The translations under genes were made by a program, and so were the position numbers. Shown here piece by piece: positions 24,263 through 38,010 of a stretch of DNA of 64,000 nt. Source of the DNA: Squalus acanthias (taxonomy: Eukaryota); the NCBI GenBank assembly GCA_030390025.1, contig CM059433.1, positions 1,302,001-1,366,000 of the forward strand. Direction: 5' to 3'. How positions within the stretch are numbered: position 1 is the first letter of the stretch; every line of letters starts with the position of its first letter. A model generated the notes under the pieces. The model did not search any database. It saw only the letters and a list, made by a program, of their open reading frames with translations, and was not told where the DNA came from.

Positions 24263-24425
24263 CCCCCCCCCCCCCCCTCAGTCTCTGTTTATCAATATCA
24301 ATTCTCTGCACTATGAACCCTGGACCAGCAATGTATTAACCCAGAGGGAACTAAGTGGATCCTCCAATACTGCTGCCAATTTGGCAAAAATCATTGTCTG
24401 TTTAATTTAGCAATTGGAAACATCC

Positions 24426-24559
24426 GCTGGGAATTTCCTCAGGGGTTCTCCTGTAACTTTGGCGGAAGATCAGCAGATGCGTACACAGGGAATCTGCCTG
24501 TCCTGGATCCACCAACGTTATGGCAGCTGCTCGGGAGAACCTGGGAGAAAAGCCCCAGC
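24426..24559. mobile_element. Short palindromic MITE
   Basis: GCTGGGAATTTCCT..GGTTCTCC versus GGAGAACC..AGAAAAGCCCCAGC. Confidence 0.5.
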
Positions 24560-25020
24560 TCTAATATCTGTTTTACAAACTAACCTGGCAAATTTTGAAT
24601 CGGTCAAGAATCACTTCAAACCTATGCCTACGATCTGAGGGTTATTTTCCTTAATGTTAGTGTTAGTGCCCATCAAGTTAAGGGATGTTAGTACTGAAGA
24701 ATGAAATGGTTTTTACTTATGGCACCTGGTATGTCAGGAGCAGGTATAGTGCGGTGCAGAGTTACTCCGGTGCTTTAACCTTAACCTCAGTAGTGGTTGC
24801 AGAAAGGCAGGTTCCGAATATTTCTATTTCCCACAACAGCTGTCCTTATAGCTTTCCCAGAGTGAGATTGCCATTTTTGTGCAGAATGGTTATGTGAACT
24901 ATGGGTGGATGTGCGCTGGGGAACCATGAAGAATTGGGTTGAGGTTGCCCATTCTCATTTCACGCAGGATCCTTACAGCTATCAGAAAAAAAGATTTTAT
25001 TCTGTCATGTTAGACTAGAT

Positions 25021-25185
25021 CAGCGGTTCCCAACCTTTTCCTTCATGTGGACCACCAGCCGTTTAAAATTTTTTTAACAGCCTATGGCTGACGGGAGTCA
25101 AACTTATATATTTTTTTTTCATGGACCACCTGCAGCACCCTCGCAGACCACCAGTGGTCCGCGGACCACAGGTTGGGAAACGCTG
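25021..25185. mobile_element. hAT (Charlie-like) MITE
   Basis: 15-bp TIRs CAGCGGTTCCCAACC / GGTTGGGAAACGCTG (1 mismatch); 8-bp TSD GACTAGAT/TACTAGAT. Confidence 0.85.
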
Positions 25186-27441
25186 TACTAGATTCAAACC
25201 TGGGCCTCAAGCTGAAAAGTCAATCGACTTAGACACTGAGCCAAGTGATCTGGAGACGAATACAGACACATCGGAAGTAAAATGGTCATCACTGCCGGTC
25301 ACTTCTGTACTCCCTTAAATAGGTTCTTCGGAACACAGACATCAAATTCTTCCAATGAATCTGACAGCCAATAGGATACTAGACAAGTGCTTGACAGCAT
25401 GAGTTGGCAGCAGGGCCACGATCTGAATTCTTACAGACTGAAAAAATGCATTTCTTCTCCTGTGTCGCTCCTTGTGTCATCATCTGTGGCCCGTCCCCGC
25501 CAGTGCTACCTGCTGCTATGATGCATTAAAAAAAATTCACACTCAATGGCCTCGAAAATCCACCGGCCTTTGGGCAAGCTCCCATGCTAAATTGGGCAGG
25601 AGTGTGGGCCTGTGAATAAACCCAGGAATTGGACAGGCCGGGCGGGGCCTGATTTACACCGCCAGTATCCAGAGGGTCTTGTTTGAGGCAGCACCTCCTC
25701 CTGCCCCCAACAATGTCACCCAGATCACAGGGGGCTGTGGCTAAAGGGTGGTGACTCCCGAGCTGGGACTTTCCTTGGCCCCGGCCTGGGAATCAGCCAG
25801 CTGGCTGCTATGCTGGGTGGAAGGAGGCATGTCCATAGTGGCACACCCACCCCCCCACCACAGTCATTCAGATGAGGGATCCCATCCTTGACCCCGCATA
25901 TTGTGGCAGGGTTAGAGGTTGGAAGTTCATTTCAACCAGACCCTGGCACCTAGGTCAGGAGCAAAGGGCTGCAGCTCTTCACAGCCAATATCTAATTTAA
26001 ATAAAAAGTATTTGCTGTATAAACATTACCACAAAATCTCCCAGAACCAGATTGCAACACCAGGTCTCAGCATAATCAAGGCTTTAAGGAGTTCTAGTTC
26101 TACAATGTGCAAGGTGCAAGCCCCACTGACCACAGTCCTCTTCCAGCATGTTTCCTCTGGAGTCACTCTAAGTAGCGGAGTGTAAATATAGTATTGCTCA
26201 GACAAAGATAAAGCCCACCTCGTAAACAGCTAGTTTAATAAAAACTCCTCAGCGATCTGACTAATGTAAAGTCAGTCCAAATCCAATCCTGACATTCTTC
26301 CAGTCTCCTGACACTGGACAGCGCACGCACGGGACAGCCTGGGAACAAAGGTGCAGCATAAGCAATGCTGAGGCAATTGAGTTCACTTGAAATCACTGTA
26401 TGTATGAAGGTGGCAAAATACAACAGCAATAAGGCAAACGGTCCTTAAACAATATATTGGCACAATAATGATCAATAACACTGCTTTGAAACGATAGATT
26501 TGGACTCTCTCAGTGCTGATTGCCCTACTGATAATATGGAATAATTAACACAAGTAGGAATGAGTAATTTATTTGAACAGTTCTTGTGATACCATAAACC
26601 AGAACAACACATTGATCTGAAACAAATCTGATTCCTTGCTGTTTACAGTGGCTCCACTTCAATCAACAATGTGCCAAACAGCCCCATATTTGACAAGTGG
26701 ATGTCCTGTTAAGCCACACAGGTAGATTGCAGCACCGTCTCATGTCTCAATGTGAGGTCGTTGGACTCTTTCCTGGGAATACTCACCGTGCCTCCAGGCA
26801 GTGGTGGCGCAGAGCAAGGCTCACGGTTTATTATTCTGTGTTTCCAGCTGGTCTTCTCACCGCTCGTGGAAGTGTTATTTCACTGCAGTAAAAATAACAT
26901 TGACAATTTACACATGGGAAATAACACAAAAACATAAAAAGCAACTGTATGAGGCGCACTCAATGAAAGACTCTGTGCAGAATGGAAACTCTGCCAGTTT
27001 AATAGCTTTTCAGTGAAAGACGCGATGAATGTCGAATAGGAAAAGAACATTGCCCGAGCTGTGTAAATTAAAAGGTTTATTTCACTCATGTCAAAGAGTT
27101 CATAATTCACTTTCATTGAGTCTTTTACACCCTATAATCCATTACAAGCAGCGTAATTTCCAAATTACTGGCTGAAGTGTATACAACTGGTACGTATATA
27201 ATTAAATATAGTATGTGTTAAGGAGAGCCAAGTACAGCAGGCTAAGAAAATAGATGTTTATTGTCCTTTAAAAATGTCAAGAGCAATGTTTCTCCAGAAT
27301 TTAGTAACAATATACTCTACTGTCAAATATCGGGCTTTTTATTTCCAAAATGGAAATACGTACCATAGTTTTGATAAATTGACGTCCTAATTCCCATCTG
27401 TAGATGGAGCAGTGATTTCAAAGCTTTATCTGAACCCTTGT

Positions 27442-28140
27442 GGGGAAAAATTCAGTTGGTTTGTGCCTCCCGTTAGCGCCTTAAGAGGGCGCTAATGGGG
27501 CGCAAAGCAACTAGCGCCCGGGTGCGGCGCAGCCCATGCCTCCCGCGAAATTCAGCGGGAGCTTAGCGGCGGCACTAACCGGTAGCGCCCTGTGGCGCTG
27601 CGCCACCGGCGATGACGTCATCGCCGTGCACAGTGCCCCGCTCGCGCTCCGGCCGCGATCTTCAGTAGCGCCCCTTGACTTACCGCTGGCCTCTATGTCC
27701 GACGGGGTTAGGGGGGCCTACCTGCGGCCGGGGCGGCGCTAGTTAAAGGGGAGGTGGCGGGCGGCCATTTTTGTTGCTGGCCGCCTGCCAGCACCTGCCC
27801 CCGTTGCTGTCCCCAGCCCCCGTGAAGCACCCCACGCAAAGTGCCGGCTGCGCTCCAAGAGCCCGGCACTTCTCTTGAATGCCGGGCTCTATTGCCGGCA
27901 CTCCCGATCCCCGGGGGCCCAACTGGGCCCCGGTTCGCGCTGCGCAAGGCCCCTCCCCTTTAAGAAGGGGAGGAAGGCCTGCAATACCGCGGTGCGCCTG
28001 GCGCTGCGGCACGTAGCACCACGATAATGACTCGCAGCGCCCCAAGGGATGCGGGGTGCTTCCAGTAGCGCCTTGCTCCCTCTTGGGGCGCAACCACTCA
28101 ATTTCCGGCGTGGGGGCGCTAATTTTTATGGGGCGCTAAA
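27442..28140 (+). mobile_element. Non-autonomous relative of the Harbinger at 48681
   Basis: First about 65 bp nearly identical to 48681-48747; many GGCGC motifs; no matching right TIR seen. Confidence 0.8.
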
Positions 28141-28354
28141 AGTATCAAATCAGTTCTTTCAGTTTTATTGAAGCCAATGCATGTGGGAAAACTAAATCAT
28201 TTGCTTTATATTTAACACAAAATAAAAATCTATCCATTGTATGAATAGATTTCTCCAGGAATTAATAGTGAGAGTGTTGCAGGACTAAGTATTGTGTACA
28301 AATGTGCCCTGGGGGCAGCAAGGAAGGTATGAGCTATTTTAAAGAACGTATAAA

Positions 28355-28660
28355 GAAAGATAAACAAACTCGCTTTCATAAGGCACGTCCCGTGTCCTTG
28401 GGACTTCCCAAAGTGCTTCACAGCCAATGAATTGCATTTGAGGTGCAGCTACTGTTGTTATGTGGCAGCCAGTTTGTGCACGGCAAAGTCCCATTAGCAG
28501 CAATAAAATGAATAAACAGTTCGATCGGATTCGGTGGTGATAGTTGAGAAATGAAACTTGGTGAGGACAGCAGGACAACTCCCGCCCGAGAGTAAAAATC
28601 AACTGGACAGAGAGAGAGGCCCGAGAGAAACTCCTGCTGTTGCTCAAAAAATGCAAAGGG
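28355..28660 (-). mobile_element. Diverged SINE at the satellite boundary
   Basis: CAAAGTGCTTCACAGCCAATGAA, GTGGCAGCCAGTTTGTGCAC, AACTCCTGCT landmarks. Confidence 0.65.
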
Positions 28661-31600
28661 CACTTGAACAGGAGACAGTGACTTGGTTTAACATCTGCTC
28701 AAAAAAACGGCATAAATAGAGTAGAGGGCACGAGAGTAAAAATCGACGGGAGAGAGAGAGAATAAAAATCGACAGGAGAGAGAGAAAGAGAGAGATTGAG
28801 AGTAAAAATCGATGAGAGAGAGAGAGAGAGAGAGCCCGAGAGTAAAAATCAACAGGAGAGAGAGAGAGAGCCCGAGAGTAAAAATCAACAGGAGAGAGAG
28901 AGAGAGAGAGCCCGAGAGTAAAAATCAACAGGAGAGAGAGAGAGAGCCCGAGAGTAAAAATCGACAGGAGAGAGAGAGAGCCCGAGAGTTAAAATCAATG
29001 GGAGAAAGAGAGAGAGAGAGACTGAGCGTAAAAATCAACAGGAGATAGAGAGAGAGAGAGAGCCCGAGAGTAAAAATCGATGGGAGAGAGAGAGAGCCCG
29101 AGAGTAAAAATCGATGAGAGAGAGAGAGAGAGAGAGCGAGAGTAAAAATCAACTGGAGAGAGAGAGAGAGAGAGAGAGAGAGCCCGAGAATATAATCAAC
29201 GGGAGAGAGCGAGAGAGAGCCCGAGAGTAAAAATCAACGGGAGAGAGAGAGAGAGCCCGAGAGTAAAAATCAACAGGAGAGAGAGAGAGAGAGCCCGAGA
29301 GTAAAAATCGACAGGAGAGAGAGAGAGAGAGAGACTGAGCGTAAAAATCAACAGGAGATAGAGAGAGAGAGAGAGCCTGAGAGTAAAAATCGATGGGAGA
29401 GAGAGAGATCCCGAGAGCAAAAATCGATGAGAGAGAGAGAGAGAGAGCCCGAGAGTAAAAATCAACTGGAGAGAGAGAGAGAGCCCGAGAGTAAAAATCA
29501 ACGGGAGAGAGAGAGAGAGCCCGAGAGTAAAAATCAATGGGAGAAAGAGAGAGAGAGAGACTGAGCGTAAAAATCAACAGGAGAGAGAGAGAGAGAGTAA
29601 AAATCAATGGGAGAGAGAGAGAGAGAGAGAGAGCCCGAGAGTAAAAATCAACGGGAGAGAGAGAGAGAGAGCCCGAGAGCAAAAATCAACTTGAGAGAGA
29701 GAGAGAGAGAGAGAGCCTGAGCGTAAAAATCAACGGCAGAGAGAGAGAGAGAGTCTGAGAGTAAAAATCAACGGGAGAGAGAGAGAGAGAGACAGAGCCC
29801 GAGAGTAAAAATCAACGGGAGAGAGAGAGAGAGAGAGCCCGAGAGTAAAAATCAACGGGAGAGAATGAGAGCCCGATGGTAAAAATCGACAAGGGAGAGA
29901 GAGAGAGAGAGAGTCCGAGAGTAATAAATCGACAGGAGAGAGAGAGAGAGAGATAAAAATCGATGAGAGAGAGAGAGAGAGAGAGCCCGAGAGTAAAAAT
30001 CAACTGGAGAGAGAGCGAGAGAGAGAGAGTCCGAGAGTAAAAATCAACGGGAGAGAGAGAGAGAGTCCGAGAGTAAAAATCGACAGGAGAGAGAGAGAGA
30101 GAGAGCCCGAGAGTAAAAATCAATGGGAGAGAGAGAGAGAGAGAGTCCGAGAGTAAAAATCGACAGGAGAGAGAGAGAGCCCGAGAGTAAAACTAAGCGG
30201 GAGAGAATGAGAGCCCGAGGGTAAAAATCGACAAGGGAGAGTGAGAGAGAGCCCGAGAGTAAAAATCGACAGGAGAGAGAGAGAGAGTAAAAATCGATGA
30301 GAGAGAGAGAGAGAGAGAGCCCGAGAGTAAAAATCAACTAGAGAGAGAGAGAGAGATCCCAAGAGTAAAAATCAACGGGAGAGAGAGAGAGAGAGAGAGC
30401 CCGAGAGTAAAAATCAACGGGAGAGAGAGAGAGAGAGTCCGAGAGTAAAAATCGACAGGAGAGAGAGAGAGAGAGCCCGAGAGTAAAAATCTACCGGAGA
30501 GAGAGAGAGAGAGAGAGAGTAAAAATCAACGAGAGAGAGAGAGAGAGAGTCCGAGAGTAAAAATCGACACGGGAGAGTGAGAGAGAGCCCGAGAGTAAAA
30601 ATCGAAAGGAGAGAGAGAGAGAGAGAGTAAAAATCGATGAGAGAGAGAGAGAGAGAGAGCCCGAGAGTAAAAATCGACACGGGAGAGTGAGAGAGAGCCC
30701 GAGAGTAAAAATCGAAAGGAGAGAGAGAGAGAGAGAGAGTAAAAATCGATGAGAGAGAGAGAGAGAGAGAGCCCGAGAGTAAAAATCAACTGGAGTGAGA
30801 GGGAAAGAGAGAGAGCCCGAGAGTAAAAATCAACGGGAGAGAGAGAGAGAGAGTCCGAGAGTAAAAATCGACAAGGGAGAGAGAGAGAGAGAGCCCGAGA
30901 GTAAAAATCAACGGGAGAGAGAGAGAGAGAATGAGAGCCCGAGGGTAAAAATCGACAAGGGAGAGAGAGAGAGAGAGAGAGAGAGTAAAAATCGATGAGA
31001 GAGAGAGAGAGAGAGAGAGCCCGAGAGTAAAAATCAACAGGGGAGGGAGAGACAGAGAGAGTCCGAGAGTAAAAATCGACAGGAGAGAGAGAGAGAGAGC
31101 CCGAGAGTAAAAATCAACGGGAGAGAGAGAGAGAGAGAGTCCGAGAGTAAAAATCGACAGGAGAGAGAGAGAGAGAGCCCGAGAGTAAAAATCGACGGGA
31201 GAGAGAGAGAGAGAGCCCGAGAGTAAAAATCAACGGGAGAGAGAGAGAGAGAGAGAGAGAGCCCGAGAGTAAAAATCAACAGGAGAGAGAGAGAGAGCCC
31301 GAGAGTAAAAATCAACGGGAGAGAGAGAGAGAGAGAGAGAGAGCCCGAGAGTAAAAATCAACGGGAGAGAGAGAGAGAGAGAGAGAGCCGAGAGTAAAAA
31401 TCAACAGGAGAGAGAGAGAGCCCGAGAGTAAAAATCAACAGGAGAGAGAGAGAGAGCCCGAGAGTAAAAATCGACAGGAGAGAGAGAGAGAGAGAGAGAG
31501 AGAGCCCGAGAGTAAAAATCGATGGGAGAGAGAGAGCCCGAGTGTAAAAATCGATGAGAGAGAGAGAGAGAGAGAGCCCGAGAGTAAAAATCAACTGGAG

Positions 31601-34600
31601 AGAGAGAGAGAGAGAGCCCGAGAGTAAAAATCAATGGGAGAGAGAGAGAGAGAGCCCGAGAGTAAAAATCAACGGGGGAGAGAGAGAGAGAGCCCGAGAG
31701 TAAAAATCAACAGGAGAGAGAGAGAGAGAGCCCGAGAGTAAAAATCGACAGGAGAGAGAGAGAGAGAGAGACTGAGCGTAAAAATCAACAGGAGAGAGAG
31801 AGAGAGAGAGAGCCTGAGAGTAAAAATCGATGGAGAGAGAGAGAGCCCGAGAGCAAAAATCGATGAGAGAGAGAGAGAGAGAGCCCGAGAGTAAAAATCG
31901 ACTGGAGAGAGAGAGAGAGCCCGAGAGTAAAAATCAACGGGAGAGAGAGAGAGAGCCCGAGAGTAAAAATCAATGGGAGAAAGAGAGAGAGAGACTGAGA
32001 GTAAAAATCAACAGGAGAGAGAGAGAGAGAGAGTAAAAATCATGGGAGAGAGAGAGAGAGAGAGAGAGCCCGAGAGTAAAAATCAACGGGAGAGAGAGAG
32101 AGAGCCGAGAGCAAAAATCAACTTGAGAGAGAGAGAGAGAGAGAGCCTGAGCGTAAAAATCAACGGCAGAGAGAGAGAGAGAGAGTCTGAGAGTAAAAAT
32201 CAACGGGAGAGAGAGAGAGAGAGACAGAGCCCGAGAGTAAAAATCAACGGGAGAGAGAGAGAGAGAGAGCCCGAGAGTAAAAATCAACGGGAGAGAGAGA
32301 GAGAGCCCGAGAGTGAAAATCGACGGGAGAGAGAGAGAGAGAGAGAGTCCCGAGAGTAAAAATCGACAGGAGAGAGAGAGAGCCGAGAGTAAAAATCGAT
32401 GGGAGAGAGAGAGAGAGAGCCGAGAGTAAAATCAACTGGAGAGAGAGAGAGAGAGCTGAGAGTAAAAATCAACGGGAGGAGAGAGAGAGAGCCAGAGAGA
32501 AAAAATCGACAGGAGAGAGAGAGAGAGAGAGCCGAGAGTAAAAATCAACGGGAGAGAGAGAGAGAGAAAATCGACGAGAGAGAGAGAGAGAGCCCGAGAG
32601 TAAAAATCAACGGGAGAGAGTGAGAGAGAGCCCGAGGAGTAAAAATCGACTAGGGAGAGAGAGAGAGCCCGAGAGTAAAAATCGACGGGAGAGATGAGAG
32701 AGAGCAGAGAGTAAAAATCGATGAGGAGAGAGAGAGAGAGAGCCGAGAGTAAAAAATCAACTAGAGAGAGAGAGAGAGATCCCGAGAGTAAAAATCAACG
32801 GGAGAGAGAGAGAGAGAGAGAGCCCGAGAGTAAAAATCAACGGGAGAGAGAGAGAGAGAGTCCGAGAGTAAAAATCGACAGGAGAGAGAGAGAGAGAGCC
32901 CGAGAGTAAAAATCTACCGGAGAGAGAGAGAGAGAGAGAGAGAGTAAAAATCAACGAGAGAGAGAGAGAGAGAGTCCGAGAGTAAAAATCGACACGGGAG
33001 AGTGAGAGAGAGCCCGAGAGTAAAAATCGAAAGGAGAGAGAGAGAGAGAGAGTAAAAATCGATGAGAGAGAGAGAGAGAGAGAGCCCGAGAGTAAAAATC
33101 GACACGGGAGAGTGAGAGAGAGCCCGAGAGTAAAAATCGAAAGGAGAGAGAGAGAGAGAGAGAGTAAAAATCGATGAGAGAGAGAGAGAGAGAGAGCCCG
33201 AGAGTAAAAATCAACTGGAGAGAGAGGGAAAGAGAGAGAGCCCGAGAGTAAAAATCAACGGGAGAGAGAGAGAGAGAGTCCGAGAGTAAAAATCGACAAG
33301 GGAGAGAGAGAGAGAGAGCCCGAGAGTAAAAATCAACGGGAGAGAGAGAGAGAGAATGAGAGCCCGAGGGTAAAAATCGACAAGGGAGAGAGAGAGAGAG
33401 AGAGAGAGTAAAAATCGATGAGAGAGAGAGAGAGAGAGATAGCCCGAGAGTAAAAATCAACAGGGGAGGGAGAGACAGAGAGAGTCCGAGAGTAAAAATC
33501 GACAGGAGAGAGAGAGAGAGAGCCCGAGAGTAAAAATCAACGGGAGAGAGAGAGAGAGAGAGTCCGAGAGTAAAAATCGACAGGAGAGAGAGAGAGAGAG
33601 CCCGAGAGTAAAAATCGACGGGAGAGAGAGAGAGAGAGCCCGAGAGTAAAAATCAACGGGAGAGAGAGAGAGAGAGAGAGAGAGCCCGAGAGTAAAAATC
33701 AACAGGAGAGAGAGAGAGAGCCCGAGAGTAAAAATCAACGGGAGAGAGAGAGAGAGAGAGAGAGAGCCCGAGAGTAAAAATCAACGGGAGAGAGAGAGAG
33801 AGAGAGAGAGAGCCCGAGAGTAAAAATCAACAGGAGAGAGAGAGAGAGCCCGAGAGTAAAAATCAACAGGAGTGAGAGAGAGAGCCCGAGAGTAAAAATC
33901 GACAGGAGAGAGAGAGAGAGAGAGAGAGCCCGAGAGTAAAAATCGATGGGAGAGAGAGAGCCCGAGTGTAAAAATCGATGAGAGAGAGAGAGAGAGAGAG
34001 CCCGAGAGTAAAAATCAACTGGAGAGAGAGAGAGAGAGAGCCCGAGAGTAAAAATCAACGGGAGAGAGAGAGAGAGAGCCCGAGAGTAAAAATCAACGGG
34101 GGAGAGAGAGAGAGAGCCCGAGAGTAAAAATCAACAGGAGAGAGAGAAAGAGAGCCCGAGAGTAAAAATCGACAGGAGAGAGAGAGAGAGAGAGAGAGAC
34201 TGAGCGTAAAAATCAACAGGAGATAGAGAGAGAGAGAGAGAGCCTGAGAGTAAAAATCGATGGGAGAGAGAGAGAGCCCGAGAGTAAAAATCGATGAGAG
34301 AGAGAGAGAGAGAGAGCCCGAGAGTAAAAATCAACTGGAGAGAGAGAGAGAGAGAGAGCCCGAGAGTAAAAATCAATGGGAGAAAGAGAGAGAGCCCGAG
34401 AGTAAAAATCGACTTGAGAGAGAGAGAGAGCCCGAGAGTAAAAATCGACTTGAGAGAGAGAGAGAGAGAGTCTGAGAGTAAAAATCAACGGGAGAGAGGG
34501 AGAGAGCCCGAGAGTAAAAATCAACGGGAGAGAATGAGAGCCCGATGGTAAAAATCGACAAGGGAGAGAGAGAGAGAGAGTCCGAGTGTAAAAATCGACA

Positions 34601-34749
34601 GGAGAGAGAGAGTAAAAATCGATGAGAGAGAGAGAGAGAGAGAGCCCGAGAGTAAAAATCGACAGGAGAGAGAGAGAGAGAGAGAGCCCGAGAGTAAAAA
34701 TCAACGGGAGAGAGAGAGAGAGAGAGAGAGCCCGAGAGTAAAAATCAAC

Positions 34750-34783
<34 letters not shown>

Positions 34784-36564
34784 GAGAGTAAAAATCAACG
34801 GGAGAGAGAGAGAGAGAGCCCGAGAGTAAAAATCAACGGGAGAGAGAGAGAGAGCCCGAGAGTAAAAATCAACAGGAGAGAGAGAGAGAGAGCCCGAGAG
34901 TAAAAATCGACAGGAGAGAGAGAGAGAGAGAGACTGAGCGTAAAAATCAACAGGAGATAGAGAGAGAGAGAGAGCCTGAGAGTAAAAATCGATGGGAGAG
35001 AGAGAGAGCCCGAGTGTAAAAAACGATGAGAGAGTTAGAGAGAGAGCCCGAGAGTAAAAAGCAACTGGAGAGAGAGAGAGAGAGAGAGCCCGAGAGTAAA
35101 AATCAACAGGAGAGAGAGAGCGAGCCCGAGAGTAAAAATCAATGGGAGAAAGAGAGAGAGCGAGACTGAGCGTAAAAATCAACAGGAGAGAGAGAGAGAG
35201 AGTAAAAATCAATGGGAGAGAGAGAGAGCCCGAGAGTAAAAATCAACGGGAGAGAGAGAGAGAGAGCCCGAGAGTAAAAATCAACTTGAGAGAGAGAGAG
35301 AGAGAGTCTGAGAGTAAAAATCAACGGGAGAGAGAGAGAGAGCCTGAGAGTAAAAATCAACGGGAGAGAATGAGAGCCCGATGGTAAAAATCGACAAGGG
35401 AGAGAGAGAGAGAGAGAGAGTCCGAGAGTAAAAATCGACAGGAGAGAGAGAGAGAGAGAGTAAAAATCAATGAGAGAGAGAGAGAGAGCCCGAGAGTAAA
35501 AATCAACGGGAGAGAGAGAGAGAGAGAGTCCGAGAGTAAAAATCGACAGGAGAGAGAGAGAGAGAGACCGAGAGTAAAAATCAATGGGAGAGAGAGAGAG
35601 AGAGAGCCCGAGAGTAAAACTCAACGGGAGAGAATGAGAGCCCGAGGGTAAAAATCGACAAGGGAGAGAGAGAGAGAGCCCGAGAGTAAAAATCGATAGG
35701 AGAGAGAGAGAGAGTAAAAATCGATGAGAGAGAGAGAGAGAGAGAGAGCCCGAGAGTAAAAATCAACTGGAGAGAGAGAGAGAGAGCCCGAGAGTAAAAA
35801 TCAACGGGAGAGAGACAGAGAGAGCCCGAGAGTAAAAATCAACGGGGGAGAGAGAGAGAGAGAGAGCCCGAGAGTAAAAATCAACGGGAGAGAGAGAGAG
35901 AGAGAGCCCGAGAGTAAAAATCGACGGGAGAGAGAGAGAGAGTCCGAAAGTAAAAATCAACCGGAGAGAGAGAGAGCCCCAGAGTAAAAATCAACGGGAG
36001 AGAGAGAGAGAGAGCCCGAGAGTAAAAATCGACGGGAGAGAGAGAGAGAGAGAGAGCACGAGAGCAAAAATTGATGGGAGAGAGAGAGAGAGTCCGAGAG
36101 TAAAAATCAACAGGAGAGAGAGAGAGAGAGAGAGCCCGAGACTGAAAATCAAGAGAGAGAGAGAGAGAAAGCCCGAGATTAAAAATCAATTGGAGAGAGA
36201 GAGAGAGAGAGAGTCCGAGAGTAAAAATCAATGGGAGAGAGAGAGAGAGAGCCCGAGAGTAAAAATCAATGGGAGAGAGAGAGAGACAGCACGAGAGTAA
36301 AAATCAACAGGAGAGAGAGAGCCCGAGAGTAAAAATCAACAGGAGAGAGAGAGAGAGCACGAGAGTAAAAATGAACAGGAGAGAGAGAGAGCCCGAGAGT
36401 AAAAATCAACAGGGGAGAGAGAGAGAGAGCCTAAGATTAAAAATCGACGGGAGAGAGACAGATAGCCCGAGAGTAAAAATCAACGGGAGAGAGATAGAGA
36501 GAGAGAGAGCACGAGAGTAAAATTTGATGGGAGAGAGAGAGAGAGCACGAGACTGAAAATCAAC

Positions 36565-36604
<40 letters not shown>

Positions 36605-37050
36605 GAGTGTAAAAATCAACAGGAGAGAGAGAGAGAGCCCGAGAGTAAAAATCAATGGGAGAGAGAGAGAGAGAGCCCGAGAGTAAAAATCAACAGGAGA
36701 GAGAGAGAGAGCCAGAGAGTAAAAATCAACAGGAGAGAGAGAGAGCCCGTGAGTAAAAATCGATTGCAAAGTTAGAGAGCCCGAGAGTAAAAATCAACGG
36801 GAGAGAGAGAGAGAGAGAGAGAGAGAGCACGAGAGTAAAAATTGATGGGAGAGAGAGAGAGAGCCCGAGACTGAAAATCAACAGGAGAGAGAGAGAGAGA
36901 GCCCGAGATTAAAAATCAATGGGAGAGAGAGAGAGAGCCCGAGAGTAAAATTCAACAAGAGAGAGAGAGAGAGCCAGAGAGTAAAAATCGATGGCAAAGT
37001 GAGAGAGTTCTAGAGTAAAAATCGACAGGGGAGAGCGAGAGAGAGCTTGA

Positions 37051-38010
37051 GATCTAGATAAGGGAACTAAATGTAATATCTCCAAGTTTGCAGATGTCAC
37101 TAAGCTGGGTGGGACTGTGTGCTGCGAGGAGGATACCGAGAAACTCCAGGATGATTTGGACAGGTTGGGTGAGTGGGCAGAAGCGTGGCAGATGCAATAT
37201 AACGTGGATAAATGCGAGGTTATCCACTTTGGTGTCAAAAACAGAAAGGCAGACTATTATCTGAATGGCAATAGATTGGGAGAAGGGGAAGTGCAACGAG
37301 ACCTGGGTGTCCTTGTGCACCAGTCGCTGAAAGTAAGCATGCAGGTGCAGCAGGTGGTGAAGAAGTCGAATGGTATGTTGGCCTTCATAGCGAAAGGGTT
37401 TGAGTATAGGAACAGGGATGTCCTGCTGCAGTTGTACAGGGCCTTGGTGAGACCACACCTTGAGTACTGTGTGCAGTTTTGGTCGCCTTATCTGAGGAAG
37501 GATGTTCTTGCCATGGAAGGAGTTCAGCGAAGATTCACAAGGCTGATACCTGGGATGGCAGGAATGACATATGAGGAGAGAATGGGTCGATTGGGCTTAT
37601 ACTCGCTGGAGTATAAAAGAATAAGAGGGGATCTCATCGAAACATATAAAATTCTGACAGGTCTGGACAAACTAGATGCAGGAAGAATGTTCCCGATGGT
37701 CGGAGAGTCCAGAACCAGGGGTCATAATCTAAGGATAATGGGTAAGCCATTTAGGACAGAAATGAGGAAGAATTTCTTCACCCAGAGAGTGGTGAACCTG
37801 TGGAATTCTCTACCACAGAAGGTAGTTGAGGCCAAGTCATTAAATATATTCAAGAATGAGTTAGATATATTTCTTAAAGCTAAAGGTATCAAGGGATATG
37901 GGGAGAAAGCAGGTACAGGGTACTGAGTTTGGATGATCAGCCATGATCTCATCGAATGGCGAAGCGGGCTCGAGGGGCTGAATGGCCAACTCCTGCTCCT
38001 ATCTTCTATG
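37051..38010 (+). mobile_element. 5'-truncated young CR1 inserted in the satellite
   Basis: Protein 37117-37926 almost identical to 15133-15894; 3' UTR ending TTCTATG; possible TSD TGAGA (37048-37052, 38009-38013). Confidence 0.93.
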
